This document shows positions 39,430 through 52,246 of a DNA stretch of 64,000 nt, piece by piece. Source of the stretch: Candidatus Marinacidobacterales bacterium (lineage in GTDB: Bacteria; Acidobacteriota; Vicinamibacteria; Marinacidobacterales; SMYC01); assembly GCA_965237955.1 (NCBI GenBank), contig OZ250169.1, positions 1,824,001-1,888,000 of the forward strand. Reading direction: 5' to 3'. The position numbers and the translations under genes are program-made. Numbering within the stretch: the first letter of the stretch is position 1; the number at the start of each line of letters is the position of its first letter. The notes under the pieces were generated by a model that saw nothing but the letters and a program-made list of their open reading frames with translations, was not told the origin of the DNA and did not search any database.

Positions 39430-39830
39430 ATGCGACGTTGCCCTGTGATCTGGCTCGTTGAGCTTCTGTGCACCCGCTCCCGAAACCCCCCTCGCCCGAT
39501 GGTGGAAGGGGAACCTTCACACGCACTCGTTCTGGAGCGATGGTGACGATTACCCGGAGATGATCATCGATTGGTACAAGACCGCGGGCTACGACTTCGT
39601 CGCCCTGTCCGAGCACAACACGCTCGCCGAGGGCGAGCGTTTCATCGGCGTCGCCGAAAACGGTGGGCAAGAGCTCCTCGACGTGTACAAGGCTCGCTTT
39701 CCCCGACTGGGTCGAGGAACGGCGCACCAACGAAGGCGTGCATGAGGTGCGTCTCGAGACTCTCGAGGAATACCTCGACCAAGCTGAAGGAGAACCCGTA
39801 TCGGCAACGGGTACCTTTTTTGCGGTGAAT
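39430..39830 (+). pseudogene. Truncated and frameshifted PHP-like metallohydrolase
   Basis: WWKGNLHTHSFWSDGDDYPEMIIDWYK...DFVALSEHN, followed by a frame break and an end at about 130 codons. Confidence 0.7.
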
Positions 39831-39893
39831 TAGGTTGTCGCTAGGGTCGTCTTGCACGATCGGCGCGGTGTGCGTCATGCTAGGAAGTTAACT

Positions 39894-40592
39894 ATGGCTA
39901 GCGACGGACCTTCTCAACCTCCTCAACCTCCTCAAACGGGACCACCGGCACCCGCGGAGCCCGAGCTCGCGCCCTACATGATCGAAGGCGCTCGCTCGAG
40001 CCGCTCGAAGTGCAAGAGTTGCCGGAAGAAGATCGAAAAAGGAGTGCTGCGCCTCGGCGTTCTCATCGAAGGGCCCTATGGCGTCGGATACCTGTGGCAT
40101 CACCTCACCTGTGCCGCGAAACGACGGCTCGACGACGTCGAAGCTGCCTACGAGCGCGAGGCTTGGAAAGAAGCGAAAGAACCTCCGGAAGACGTGCCTT
40201 CGATCGAAGAGATGCGCAAGCTCAACGAAGAGGCGGAGGAAAAGCGCGAGCAACGAAAGAAAATTCCGTTCGCTGAAGTGGATCCGTCCGGTCGAGCGAA
40301 GTGCAAGCATTGTGGCGAGGTCATGGAGAAAGGAAGTCTCCGCGTGGTTCTCGGCCGGGAGATCGAGTTCGGAAGCCAGTACCGGACGATGCCGATTCAC
40401 GTGCACGGGTTGTGTGTCGCCGGCGAGATCGAGAAAGTCGACTGCAGCACGCTATCAGAAGGCTTCGAGCATTCACTTCGCCAGAACACCCGCGGGCTTA
40501 CTGAGGAACAGGTCGAATCGGTGTTGAAGGATATCGGCGAGCTTCCCGACGACCCCGAGACTGATGAGACTGAGGACGCCCCGCCGTTTTGA
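39894..40592 (+). CDS. Protein with two PARP-type zinc fingers
   Basis: IEGARSSRSKCKSCRKKIEKGVLRLG...WHHLTC and AEVDPSGRAKCKHCGEVMEKGSLRV...HVHGLC (CxxC...HxxC). Confidence 0.8.
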   Translation: MASDGPSQPPQPPQTGPPAPAEPELAPYMIEGARSSRSKCKSCRKKIEKGVLRLGVLIEGPYGVGYLWHHLTCAAKRRLDDVEAAYEREAWKEAKEPPEDVPSIEEMRKLNEEAEEKREQRKKIPFAEVDPSGRAKCKHCGEVMEKGSLRVVLGREIEFGSQYRTMPIHVHGLCVAGEIEKVDCSTLSEGFEHSLRQNTRGLTEEQVESVLKDIGELPDDPETDETEDAPPF

Positions 40593-40593
40593 G

Positions 40594-41993
40594 CTAATCC
40601 CGCGTTTTCGCGAAGAGCTTGAGCTGGTCGCGGCCTTCCTTCGGGATCGCGATCGGGTAGTTGCCCGAGAAACACGCATCGCAATAGCGTCCGCGGTCGT
40701 CGCCCACGGAGGCCATCAGACCTTCTTGGGAGAGATAGCCGAGCGTATCCGCGCCGATGAACTCCCTGATCTCGTCGACGGAATGATTCGACCCGATGAG
40801 CTCCTCGCGTCGGGGCGTGTCGATGCCGTAGTGGCATGGCCCCGTCGTCGGCGGTGACGAGACCCGGAAGTGTACTTCCGCCGCGCCCGCTCTCCGGATC
40901 ATACCCACGATCTTGCGGCTGGTGGTACCACGAACGATCGAGTCGTCGATGAGGATCACACGACGGTTCTCGATGACCGAGCGCACCGGATTCAGTTTGA
41001 TCTTGACGCCGAAGTGGCGGATCGATTGACGTGGCTCGATGAACGTCCGGCCGACGTAGTGGTTTCGGATGAGACCGAACTCCAAGGGAAGGCCGGACTC
41101 TTTCGAGTAGCCGACGGCGGCGACGACGCCGGAGTCGGGCACAGGGACGACGACGTCGGCATCGACGGGTGTTTCTCGTGCGAGCTGGCGTCCCAACGCG
41201 ATGCGCGTCGGATGAACGTCGCGAGAAAACACGGTGCTATCGGGGCGCGCGAAGTAGACGTGCTCGAAGATACAGTGTGACGCGGGTGTCTTGGGAAACG
41301 GGCGCAGGGATCGCACACCGTCATCATCGATAACGACCATCTCGCCCGGCTCGACTTCGCGGACGTAGTCGGCGTCGATGAGATCGAGAGCGCACGTTTC
41401 CGAGCACAAGACGTAGCTCGCGCCGAGCTTTCCCAGAATGAGCGGCCGGAAGCCTCTCGGATCGCGAACCGCCACGAGTGCGTTCTCCGTCAGGAACAAA
41501 AGCGAGAACGCGCCGGCCACCGTGCGGACAGCATCGAAGATCGCATCTTCACGGCTTCGTTGCATCGACTTCGCGTAGAGGTGCAGAATGACTTCGGTGT
41601 CGCTCGTCGTGCGGAAGATCGATCCGCGCTCGACGAGCTCGTGCCGGAGAAGATGCGCGTTGATGAGGTTTCCATTGTGACAGACTGCGATCTTGCCAAA
41701 CTTGCATTCGATGTAGATGGGCTGGATGTTGGCATTGTTACTCTCGCCCGAGGTCGAATAGCGCGTGTGTCCGATCGCATTCAACCCTTCGAGCTTCTCG
41801 AGCGCCTTGGCGTCGAACACGTCGGCGACGTAACCCTTCTTCTTGCGGCTTCGAAACCCGGAGTTACCTGAAGTGACGATCCCGGCAGCCTCCTGGCCGC
41901 GGTGCTGGAGCGCGTAGAGGCCGAGATACGTCACCCGGGAAGCCTCGGGGTGTCCGAAGATACCGAAAACACCGCATTCGTCTTTGAAGCCAC

Positions 41994-41997
<4 letters not shown>
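40594..41997 (-). CDS. purF: Amidophosphoribosyltransferase
   Basis: [32 protein letters not shown], Fe-S Cys residues. Confidence 0.97.
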
Positions 41998-44198
<2,201 letters not shown>

Positions 44199-44204
44199 AG
44201 GTTC

Positions 44205-44291
44205 TTTTCAACGCAAAGGCGCAAAGGCGCAGAGACGCAAAGGTTGAGGCGGCTCGATCTTCCTCGCGCCTTTGCGCCTTTGCGTTGAAAA
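44205..44291. repeat. REP-like CGCAAAGG palindrome between purQ and purL
   Basis: TTTTCAACGCAAAGGCGCAAAGGCGC...GCGCCTTTGCGCCTTTGCGTTGAAAA, a long perfect stem. Confidence 0.8.
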
Positions 44292-44295
44292 AGGA

Positions 44296-44997
44296 TCATG
44301 CGCGTTCCTTCGTCCACGCGACCAGGCTTTCGAATAGTTTGCGGCCGTCGTCTGTACCGAGCTCGGGTTCATAGCAGCGGTCGGGGTGCGGCATCAAGCC
44401 CACGACGTTTCCTTGCTCATTGGTGATCCCAGCGATGGCGCGAGCGGCGCCGTTCGGATTCGATTCGTCGTCGAGCTCGCCGTCTTCGTTTACGTAGCGG
44501 AAAACGACGCGGTCGTCGCGCTCGAGAGCGTCGAGTGTTTCGTCGACGGCGTAGAAATTTCCGTCGGCATGCCCTATGGGAACGCGCACCACGTCTCCCT
44601 CGCCGAGCGTTTTCGTCATCGGCGAGTCCCGACGCTCCGCGCGCAGGTAGAGGTAGCGGCAAATGTACGTCAAACTCTGGTTCCGCAGCATCGCGCCGGG
44701 TAGGAGGCCGGCTTCTTGCAGCATTTGGAACCCGTTACAGATCCCGATGACGGGCTTTCCTGCCTCCGCCATCGCTTCAACCGAGCTCATGATCGGCGAG
44801 AACCGGGCAATCGCACCGACGCGCAAGTAGTCTCCGTGGGCGAAGCCCCCGGGAAGGATCGCGGCGTCGTAGCCGTCGAGCGACGTTTCCTTGTGCCACA
44901 CGAGATCGGTGGGCTCTCCGAGAACGCTCTCGAGCGCGTAGTGAACGTCCTCTTCGCAATTCGACCCTGGAAAGACGCAGACCGCAAAGCGGGGCAA
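44296..44997 (-). CDS. purQ: FGAM synthase subunit PurQ
   Basis: VFPGSNC, PGGFAHGDYLR, GICNGFQ, NPNG, LMPHPDR; TTG start inferred. Confidence 0.95.
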   Translation of the reverse strand: MPRFAVCVFPGSNCEEDVHYALESVLGEPTDLVWHKETSLDGYDAAILPGGFAHGDYLRVGAIARFSPIMSSVEAMAEAGKPVIGICNGFQMLQEAGLLPGAMLRNQSLTYICRYLYLRAERRDSPMTKTLGEGDVVRVPIGHADGNFYAVDETLDALERDDRVVFRYVNEDGELDDESNPNGAARAIAGITNEQGNVVGLMPHPDRCYEPELGTDDGRKLFESLVAWTKERA

Positions 44998-44998
44998 C

Positions 44999-45241
44999 TT
45001 AGCTTTCCACCTCCACTCGAAAAACCTCGAGCACCGGATTGGATAGAACACGCTCGGCGATTTCGCGCGCCATCGCGACCGCTTCGTCTCTCGAGTCCAC
45101 GTCGAGGGTGAGCTCGAAGAACTTCCCCTGGCGGACGCTCGAAACTCTGTCGAAGCCGAGCCCGTCGAGCGCGCGGATGATGGTCTCCCCTTGCGGGTCG
45201 TGGACCGCGGACTTGAGCTTGACGATGACGTTCGCCTTCAT
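44999..45241 (-). CDS. purS: FGAM synthase subunit PurS
   Basis: VKLKSAVHDPQG...VRQGKFFEL...LSNPVLE; the real gene is the last 80 aa of the 532-aa track ORF. Confidence 0.93.
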   Translation of the reverse strand: MKANVIVKLKSAVHDPQGETIIRALDGLGFDRVSSVRQGKFFELTLDVDSRDEAVAMAREIAERVLSNPVLEVFRVEVES

Positions 45242-46542
45242 GAGCATGATCCGAACACGCGTTGGTAGATGGTGTCGATGTGCTCCATTTGTCTCTCCAG
45301 AACGAATGCTTCGTCGAGCTCGTCGTCCGACAGCCACTTCCCGATGTCGTCGTCGCCGCCGAGGAGCTCGCGCAACGTGCCTTTGTCTTGCCACACCGCC
45401 ATCGCGCTCCGCTGTACGAGACGATAGGCGTCTTCGCGCGCAAGCCCCTTCTTCGCGAGCAACAAGAGTACTTGACCGCTGAAGACCAGACCGTTCATGG
45501 AGTCGAGGTTCGCTCGCATCGTCTCCGGATAGACGATCAGGTTGTCGAGCACCGTCGTCGCCCGCCGGAGAATGTGGTCGGTGAGGATGTAGCTCGACGG
45601 CAGGATCATCCGCTCGGCGGACGAATGCGAGATGTCGCGCTCGTTCCAAAGCGGCACGTTCTCGAGCGCGGTCTGGAGATTTCCCCGGATGACACGGGCG
45701 AGACCGGAGATCTGTTCGCTCGCCACCGGATTGCGCTTGTGGGGCATCGCCGAAGAGCCTTTTTGTTTGTCCGAGAAAAACTCCTCGACCTCGCGAATCT
45801 CGGTTCGTTGCAGGCTCCGGATCTCGACGGCGATCTTGTCGAGTGTGCTCGCGGTGATGGCGAGGGCCGACATCGCTTCTGCGTGGCGGTCGCGTTGCAA
45901 CACTTGAGTCGAGATCGGTGCGGCTTTCAGGCCGAGCTTGGCGCACAGCTTTTCCTCGATATCGGGGGGCAGGTGCGCGAAGGTGCCGACCGCGCCGGAG
46001 AGCTTGCCGACGGCGACGGCGTCGCGGGCGGCGGCCAACCGGGTGCGGTTTCTCTCCATCTCCGCGTGCCAGAGCGCGAGCTTCATCCCGAAGGTCATCG
46101 GCTCCGCGTGCACGCCGTGGGTGCGCCCGACCATGATCGTTCGTTTGTGGTCGAGGGCTCTGGCCTTCAACACCCCGAGGAGCGCGTCGACGTTTTTCAA
46201 GATCAAATCGGTGGCGTCTCGGAGACGCATGCCGAGCGCGGTGTCGACGACGTCGTAGCTCGTCAGCCCGAAGTGAACGAACCGCCCCGCGTCGCCGACG
46301 TTTTCCGCCATCGCCTGGGTGAAGGCGATGACGTCGTGTTTCACGTCTTTTTCGATCGCGTCGATACGCTCGATAGAGTAGGCGCCCCTCGCCCGGATCT
46401 CCTCGGCCGCTTTCTTGGGGATGATGCCGGCTTCGGCCATGACCTCGGCCGCCGCGGTCTCGACTTCCATCCAGGCATCGAATTTCGCCTCTTCGCTCCA
46501 GATCCGGCCCATCTCGGGATGGACGTAGCGATCGGTCAACAT
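45238..46542 (-). CDS. purB: Adenylosuccinate lyase
   Basis: HFGLTSYD, GRTHGVHAEP, GSSAMPHKRNP, ERDISHSS. Confidence 0.97.
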   Translation of the reverse strand: MLTDRYVHPEMGRIWSEEAKFDAWMEVETAAAEVMAEAGIIPKKAAEEIRARGAYSIERIDAIEKDVKHDVIAFTQAMAENVGDAGRFVHFGLTSYDVVDTALGMRLRDATDLILKNVDALLGVLKARALDHKRTIMVGRTHGVHAEPMTFGMKLALWHAEMERNRTRLAAARDAVAVGKLSGAVGTFAHLPPDIEEKLCAKLGLKAAPISTQVLQRDRHAEAMSALAITASTLDKIAVEIRSLQRTEIREVEEFFSDKQKGSSAMPHKRNPVASEQISGLARVIRGNLQTALENVPLWNERDISHSSAERMILPSSYILTDHILRRATTVLDNLIVYPETMRANLDSMNGLVFSGQVLLLLAKKGLAREDAYRLVQRSAMAVWQDKGTLRELLGGDDDIGKWLSDDELDEAFVLERQMEHIDTIYQRVFGSCS

Positions 46543-47378
46543 TAGGAGAACACCAAAACGCCTTGCTTCTGATCGTCTCTGGCGGTGCGCGGCTCACTCA
46601 AACGGAGCAGAGGCGTCGGTCGGTGCGCGTAGGTCAGGTGCAGTTTGGGGGCACGCCCCCCGCGGCGGGCGAGCGCACTGACACAGCAGTCGAGCGCGAG
46701 GCGTTCGTGATTGTTTTGTTGCGACAAGTGCGCGAGAAAGAGATGGCGCACGCCGTCGGGTAGTCGGTGCTCGAGATAGGTCGCGAGCGCGTCGTTCGAC
46801 AAGTGGCCCCATCGACTGCCGACGCGTTGTCGGATGGACGCGGGGTAGTCGCTGTCGCGCAGCATCTCGACGTCGTGGTTCGCTTCGATGAGAATGGCGG
46901 AGCAGCCGCGGAGCCCGTCCACGACGTCGTCGGACATGTGTCCGATGTCGGTGACGTGACCGAACGCGAGCTTCCCGCGCCGGAGTCGAAATCCGACGGG
47001 GTCGGCCGCGTCGTGCGGAGTCGGGAAGAGATCGATCGTGATCCTGCCGAGCTTGACACTCGAGCCGGAGCGCACGCGCACCCAATCGACATGCTTCTGG
47101 GGTAGCTGTTTGATGCCGCGGTACGTGCCTTCGGTCGAGTACAAGCGAGCGTCGTGTCGGTTGCAAAACCGCCACGCACCTTTGGAGTGATCGCTGTGCT
47201 CGTGGGAGAGCAACACGCCGTCGATATGGCCCGGAGCGATCCCGAGCGTTCGCAGCCGGTTTTCAATCTCTCGACACGCTAGACCGGCGTCGAGGAGGAG
47301 CCTCACCGAGCCATCAGAGACGAAAGTGACATTGCCTGAGCTGCCGCTGCCTAGAACGGAGATGTGAAATTCAGGCAA
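46542..47378 (-). CDS. MBL-fold metallohydrolase (YycJ/WalJ-like)
   Basis: LGSGSSGN, SHEHSDH, PHDAADP, EANHD, GHLSN, AHLS. Confidence 0.88.
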   Translation of the reverse strand: MPEFHISVLGSGSSGNVTFVSDGSVRLLLDAGLACREIENRLRTLGIAPGHIDGVLLSHEHSDHSKGAWRFCNRHDARLYSTEGTYRGIKQLPQKHVDWVRVRSGSSVKLGRITIDLFPTPHDAADPVGFRLRRGKLAFGHVTDIGHMSDDVVDGLRGCSAILIEANHDVEMLRDSDYPASIRQRVGSRWGHLSNDALATYLEHRLPDGVRHLFLAHLSQQNNHERLALDCCVSALARRGGRAPKLHLTYAHRPTPLLRLSEPRTARDDQKQGVLVFS

Positions 47379-48628
47379 CCAGCGTCTCCGGTTTGGGATC
47401 GAAGTGAGCGCTGGCGCCGAGAAGCGTCATCGCGAGTGGTCGCTCGTTGAACATTTCCGTGGCTAGACGCAAGACGTCCTCGCTCGTCACCGCCTCGAAG
47501 CTTTCGAGCGCTTCCTCCACGGGGATGTGACGCCCGAAGGTCATTTCCTGTCTCGCCGCACGCGACATGCGCGCGCCGTTGGACTCGAGACCCATCAACG
47601 TGGCTCTGCGGAGATGAGCTTTCGCGCGCTCGAGCTCGTCGGCGGGCACCGGCTCGGCTTTGATCCGGCTGAGCTCGCGCAAGGTGAGATCCAACACGTC
47701 GGCGACGTTTTTCGGATCGGTTCCAGCGTACACCGTGAACTGCCCGCAATCCTGAAAGCTCGAGAGACCCGAATAGACCGAGTACGCGAGACCATGCTGT
47801 TCGCGAATGACCTGAAACAGTCTCGAGCTCAAATTACCTCCGAGCACGGCATTCAGAACGTAGCATGCGAACCGATCGGGAGATGCTGACCGAGGGGCAA
47901 CCGTGCCCACCACGAGATGGGCTTGTTCGAGATCTTTTTCTTGCACCCGTACCGTCGAGGCGACGTCGGGTGGCGTCACCGAGAGGTCGTCGGGTGGGCG
48001 TTTGCAATCGTTCGAAGTGAGATTGCACGAGCTTGGCGAGATCGCTGTGCTCGAGCCGACCGGCGGCAGCGACGATGATGTTGCTCGGCGCGTAGATCTT
48101 GCGGAAGAACGTGACGAGATCGTCGCGGCTGAAGCTTCCCACCGTTTCGGGAATGCCGAGAATGGGGCGACCGATCGGGTGATTGGGCCAGAAAAATTCA
48201 CAGAACATGTCGTGAACGAGCTCTTCGGGTGAGTCCTCGACGCTCTTGATCTCTTCGAAAATGACCCTGCGCTCGCGCTCGAGCTCACAGGCGTCGAAGC
48301 GAGGCGCGAGCACGATGTCGGAAAGCAGGTCGACCGCCCGGGGTAGATCTTCTCCCAGGACTTTGGCGTGGAAGCCCGCGTACTCCTGGGAAGTGAAAGC
48401 GTCGGTTTGCCCGCCGATTTCGTCCATTTCCTGGGCGATCCTCGCCTGAGTGCGGCGCTCGGTGCCCTTGAACACCATATGCTCGATGAAGTGCGAGAGC
48501 CCGCTTTCCTTCTCGGTCTCGTGCCGACTCCCGCGTTTCAGCCACACCCCGACCGTCACCGAAGGCACGTGAGCCATCTCTTCGGTGAGAATCGTAAGTC
48601 CGTTATCTAGAACCCGTTTACGGAGCAT
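47371..48628 (-). CDS. M16 (pitrilysin) family peptidase, +1 frameshift near 47993
   Basis: HFIEHMVFKGT (HxxEH), SSRLFQVIREQHGLAYSV; the two ORFs fuse if one C is removed (ACCCGAC to ACCGAC). Confidence 0.88.
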
Positions 48629-48685
48629 CCGAGAAGAAGGAAGATTATCACAAGGCGGCTCGACCCATCAATGAGGTGAAAGAGA

Positions 48686-48762
48686 CAACGCAAAGGCGCA
48701 AAGAAAGGATCAGCGCCGAAGGCGCTCACTTTGCGTCTTTGCGACTCCGCGCCTTTGCGTTG
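48686..48762. repeat. REP-like CGCAAAGG palindrome
   Basis: CAACGCAAAGGCGCAAAG...CTTTGCG...GCGCCTTTGCGTTG. Confidence 0.75.
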
Positions 48763-48814
48763 ACTTTTTCTCGCCGCAGAACAGGCTGCATAGAACATCT
48801 GCTAGCATGCAGTC

Positions 48815-49837
48815 GTGAAGAATTTGTTTGGGTTGACTCGCGCTGAGCTCGAGGCGGAGATCGAATCGCTCGGTCGTCCGGCCTATCGGGGGCGGCAGGT
48901 TTATCGCTGGATCTACGCGCGCGCGGTAAATGACTTCGAGGCGATGACGGATCTGTCGCGTGAGCTCCGGAACGAGCTTGCGGCCGCTTACACGCTCACG
49001 AAGCCTGCGATCGCGGAGCGTCACGTGTCCCGCGACGGCACCATCAAGTTCCTGCTCGCGCTCTCAGATGGAAGGAATGTCGAAACGGTTTACATCCCCG
49101 ACGGTGAACGGCACACGTTTTGTCTGTCGACCCAAGTGGGATGCCCGCTCAAGTGCACCTTCTGTTTCTCGGGGACGATCCGGTTCGAGCGCAATCTTGA
49201 GCCCGGGGAGATCCTCGCGCAGTTCATGCTCGCGCGCCACGAGCTTCCGGAGCTGCCTGCCCGCAGCAACATCGTGTTCATGGGAATGGGTGAGCCGCTC
49301 TTGAACTCGGACGGGGTGTTGACCGCGCTCGACGTCCTGACCGATGAAGACGCACTCGCGGTCTCGCCGCATCGTATCACGGTGTCGACGGCGGGCCTCG
49401 TCGATGAGCTGGAGCGGTTTTCTTCGAAAGCTCCATTGGTCGGCTTGGCGATCAGTCTTCACGCGACCACGAACGCCGTTCGCGACCGCGTCATGCCCAT
49501 CAACCGAAAACACCCCATCGAAGAATTGATCGCAGCAGCGCGCGCGCTTCCGCGAGCGCGTCGTCGCCGCATCACTTTCGAGTACGTGCTCCTCGGCGGC
49601 GAGAACGACACACCTGCTGATGCGAAGCGACTCGCGACTCTACTCGAGGGTGTCAAAGCAAAGATCAACGTCATCGCGTACAACCCGTGGCCCGGTGCGC
49701 CCCACCGACGCGCGACGCCGGAAGCGACCGAGCGTTTCATGGACGTGCTGACCGAGGCGGGGTTGACGGTGAGCTTGCGACGAAGCCGTGGCGACGATGT
49801 GCTGGCTGCGTGCGGGCAGCTCGCGAATCAATTTTGA
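48815..49837 (+). CDS. rlmN: Dual-specificity RNA methyltransferase RlmN
   Basis: CLSTQVGCPLKCTFC, FMGMGEPL, ISLHA, EYVLL, AACGQL. Confidence 0.95.
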   Translation: MKNLFGLTRAELEAEIESLGRPAYRGRQVYRWIYARAVNDFEAMTDLSRELRNELAAAYTLTKPAIAERHVSRDGTIKFLLALSDGRNVETVYIPDGERHTFCLSTQVGCPLKCTFCFSGTIRFERNLEPGEILAQFMLARHELPELPARSNIVFMGMGEPLLNSDGVLTALDVLTDEDALAVSPHRITVSTAGLVDELERFSSKAPLVGLAISLHATTNAVRDRVMPINRKHPIEELIAAARALPRARRRRITFEYVLLGGENDTPADAKRLATLLEGVKAKINVIAYNPWPGAPHRRATPEATERFMDVLTEAGLTVSLRRSRGDDVLAACGQLANQF

Positions 49838-49876
49838 TCGGGCTCGGGCACGGGCACGGCTTAGGAAACAGCCGCA

Positions 49877-50377
49877 TCACAGTTCGTTTTGCAGTTTCTC
49901 GGAAGCTTCTTCGACTTCCTTGGCTTTTTGCGCGCGGAAGGCACGGATGCGGTCGGCGAGCCCATCGTCCGAGGTTGCGAGGATTTGCGCGGCGAGGTGG
50001 GCGGCGTTGCGCGCGCCCGCTTTTCCGATCGCGACCGTCGCGACAGGAAAGCCCGCCGGCATTTGTACGGTTGCCAGGAGCGCGTCCATTCCACCGAGCG
50101 ATGTCGCTGACAACGGGACACCGATGACGGGTAAATGCGTGTGCGCGGCCATCGCACCTGCCAAGTGGGCGGCAGCGCCCGCGCCTGCAATTAAAACTTT
50201 GACACCGCGGGAAGCCGCTTCGGAAGCGAGCTTGGCCGAGCGCTCGGGCGTGCGGTGCGCTGAATAGACGCCCATCTCGAAGGGGATGTCGAGCTCTCGC
50301 AATACGACCGCCGCCTCGGTCATGACTTCCTTGTCGGAGATGCTCCCTATGACGATGATGACCTTGGGTGACGACAA
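49877..50377 (-). CDS. purE: N5-CAIR mutase PurE
   Basis: GSISD, SAHRTPE, AGAGAAAHLAG, PVIGVP, QMPAGFPVATVAIG. Confidence 0.96.
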   Translation of the reverse strand: MSSPKVIIVIGSISDKEVMTEAAVVLRELDIPFEMGVYSAHRTPERSAKLASEAASRGVKVLIAGAGAAAHLAGAMAAHTHLPVIGVPLSATSLGGMDALLATVQMPAGFPVATVAIGKAGARNAAHLAAQILATSDDGLADRIRAFRAQKAKEVEEASEKLQNEL

Positions 50378-50378
50378 C

Positions 50379-51674
50379 CTAACCTCCCTGAAACCGGGCG
50401 AGCGCTTTCTGACCGATGTCCTTCCGGTACTGGCGCCCATCGAAGCGAATGCGATCCACACCCTGATACGAGCGCTCGATCGCCGCTTGCAGATTCTGGC
50501 CTAACGCCGTGACCGCGAGCACCCGCCCTCCCGCGGTCACGAGCTTGTCGTCTTCCATCTTGGTGCCGGCGTGGAAAACGTACGTGCCTTCATCGAGCTC
50601 GACGCTTCCCGGATCGATCCCTTCGATCGCCTTGCCGGTTTCGTACTTCCCTGGATATCCGCCCGAGGCGAGAACGACGCTGACCGCGGGCTCGCGGGTC
50701 CATTCGGGACGATGCTGCCCGAGCGTTCCTTCGGCGACTTCGACGAGCAGCGGGAGAATATCGCCTTTCAATCGCGGCAAGATGGCCTGCGCCTCGGGAT
50801 CTCCGAAGCGCACGTTGAACTCGAGCACTTTGGGACCTTCGCTCGTCAACATCAGCCCGCAGTAAAGAAGGCCCTGGTATTTCCTTCCCTCGGCGGCGAG
50901 TCCCGAGATCGTGGGGTTGACGATGTCCTTGACGATGCTCTTCAACGTTTCGGCTTTCAAGTTCGTCGCGGGACAGATGCATCCCATGCCGCCGGTGTTG
51001 GGACCCTCGTCGCCGTCGTACGCGCGCTTGTGATCTTGAGCGGCGACGAGCGGGAGAACGTGATGGCCGTCGGAGAGCGCGAAAAACGACACCTCTTCGC
51101 CCTCGAGAAATTCCTCGAGCACGAGCCGTGTCCCCGCGCTTCCGAGCTGACGGTCGTCGATGAGCTTGGCGGCTTCGGCGAGCGCCTCTTCACGATTGGA
51201 GATGATGGCAACGCCCTTTCCGCCGGCGAGTCCGTCGGCCTTGACCACGAGCGGCATGCCGACCTCTTCGCTCTCGATCACCGAGGTCGCTTCCTCCATG
51301 CTGTTCACCACGTGATAGCGGGCGGTGGGAATGGCGTGGCGTTGTAGGAAATCCTTCGCGAACGCTTTACTGCCTTCGAGCTCCGCGGCCGCTCGGTTGG
51401 GACCGAATACACTGAGCCCGCGACGCTCGAACTCGTCCGCGAGGCCGAGAATCAGCGGGAGCTCGGGACCGACCACGGTGAGACCGATGGAGAGATTCTC
51501 GGCAAAATCAGCGAGTTCGACGATGTCGGAGGGGTCGATGTCGACGCAATCCGCGAGGCTCGCGATGCCGGCGTTTCCCGGAGCGCAGTAGAGCTCGGAC
51601 ACCTCCGGGCTTTGCTCGAGCTTCCACGCGAGGGCGTGCTCACGCCCGCCTCCCCCTACGACGAGCACCCTCAC
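50379..51674 (-). CDS. purD: Phosphoribosylamine-glycine ligase
   Basis: GGGREHAL, QDHKRAYDGDEGPNTGGMG, EFNVRFGDPE. Confidence 0.97.
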   Translation of the reverse strand: MRVLVVGGGGREHALAWKLEQSPEVSELYCAPGNAGIASLADCVDIDPSDIVELADFAENLSIGLTVVGPELPLILGLADEFERRGLSVFGPNRAAAELEGSKAFAKDFLQRHAIPTARYHVVNSMEEATSVIESEEVGMPLVVKADGLAGGKGVAIISNREEALAEAAKLIDDRQLGSAGTRLVLEEFLEGEEVSFFALSDGHHVLPLVAAQDHKRAYDGDEGPNTGGMGCICPATNLKAETLKSIVKDIVNPTISGLAAEGRKYQGLLYCGLMLTSEGPKVLEFNVRFGDPEAQAILPRLKGDILPLLVEVAEGTLGQHRPEWTREPAVSVVLASGGYPGKYETGKAIEGIDPGSVELDEGTYVFHAGTKMEDDKLVTAGGRVLAVTALGQNLQAAIERSYQGVDRIRFDGRQYRKDIGQKALARFQGG

Positions 51675-51790
51675 GAAATCGCCGTCAAATTCAATATTAT
51701 CAGCAACTTACGATACTCATTGAATCTCGTGATTATCCCACGGAGGCTCGGAAGGTGTCAACATTTTGGGTTGCGCGTGGTGGGAGGCAG

Positions 51791-51820
51791 TTGACAACCT
51801 GTAACCTCGTTACTTATAGT
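51791..51820 (+). promoter_or_regulatory. Sigma70-type promoter upstream of rpsU
   Basis: TTGACA-18 bp-TATAGT. Confidence 0.55.
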
Positions 51821-51988
51821 AGTTTCGAGTCGAGCGGGCTTCTATAACCGCACCATCGCGTTCGCCTGCATCCAATCTTCGCAATAGAGTTGGTTTCTTC
51901 TCTGCCGCCTCTCTTGAGGATGTCGTGACGTTTTCGTGGCGCGGTGCTGGCTCGATGACCTTGAAAAGGAAGGGGGGTGCTGTCGCCA

Positions 51989-52189
51989 TTGGCAGAGATT
52001 AGAGTCAACGATAACGAGTCGATCGAGAGTGCGCTGAGACGTTTCAAGCGCAAAGTGCAGCAAGAGGACATCATCAAAGAGATCAAGAAACACTCGTACT
52101 ACATGAAGCCAGGGGACAAGCGACGCGCCAAACAGGCACTAGCACGTAAGCGCCAGCGCAAGAAGATGCGCCGCGAACAGTCGGATTAG
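51989..52189 (+). CDS. rpsU: 30S ribosomal protein S21
   Basis: AEIRVNDNESIESALRRFKRKVQQEDIIKEIKKHSYYMKPG; TTG start inferred. Confidence 0.95.
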   Translation: MAEIRVNDNESIESALRRFKRKVQQEDIIKEIKKHSYYMKPGDKRRAKQALARKRQRKKMRREQSD

Positions 52190-52246
52190 CCAGCTAAGTG
52201 CGGCGGGCAGCAACCGGTGTCCGCCGCACGCATCGGCCATCAGCCA

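Noticed and set aside
44999-46597. 532-aa ORF that looks like an extended PurS
   Set aside because: Only the last 80 aa are PurS; the rest is an alternative frame over purB.
48815-49837. Radical SAM enzyme as peptide maturase
   Set aside because: Has all RlmN motifs (MGMGEP, AACGQL), no SPASM/RRE domain, and lies about 15 kb from the peptide among pur genes.
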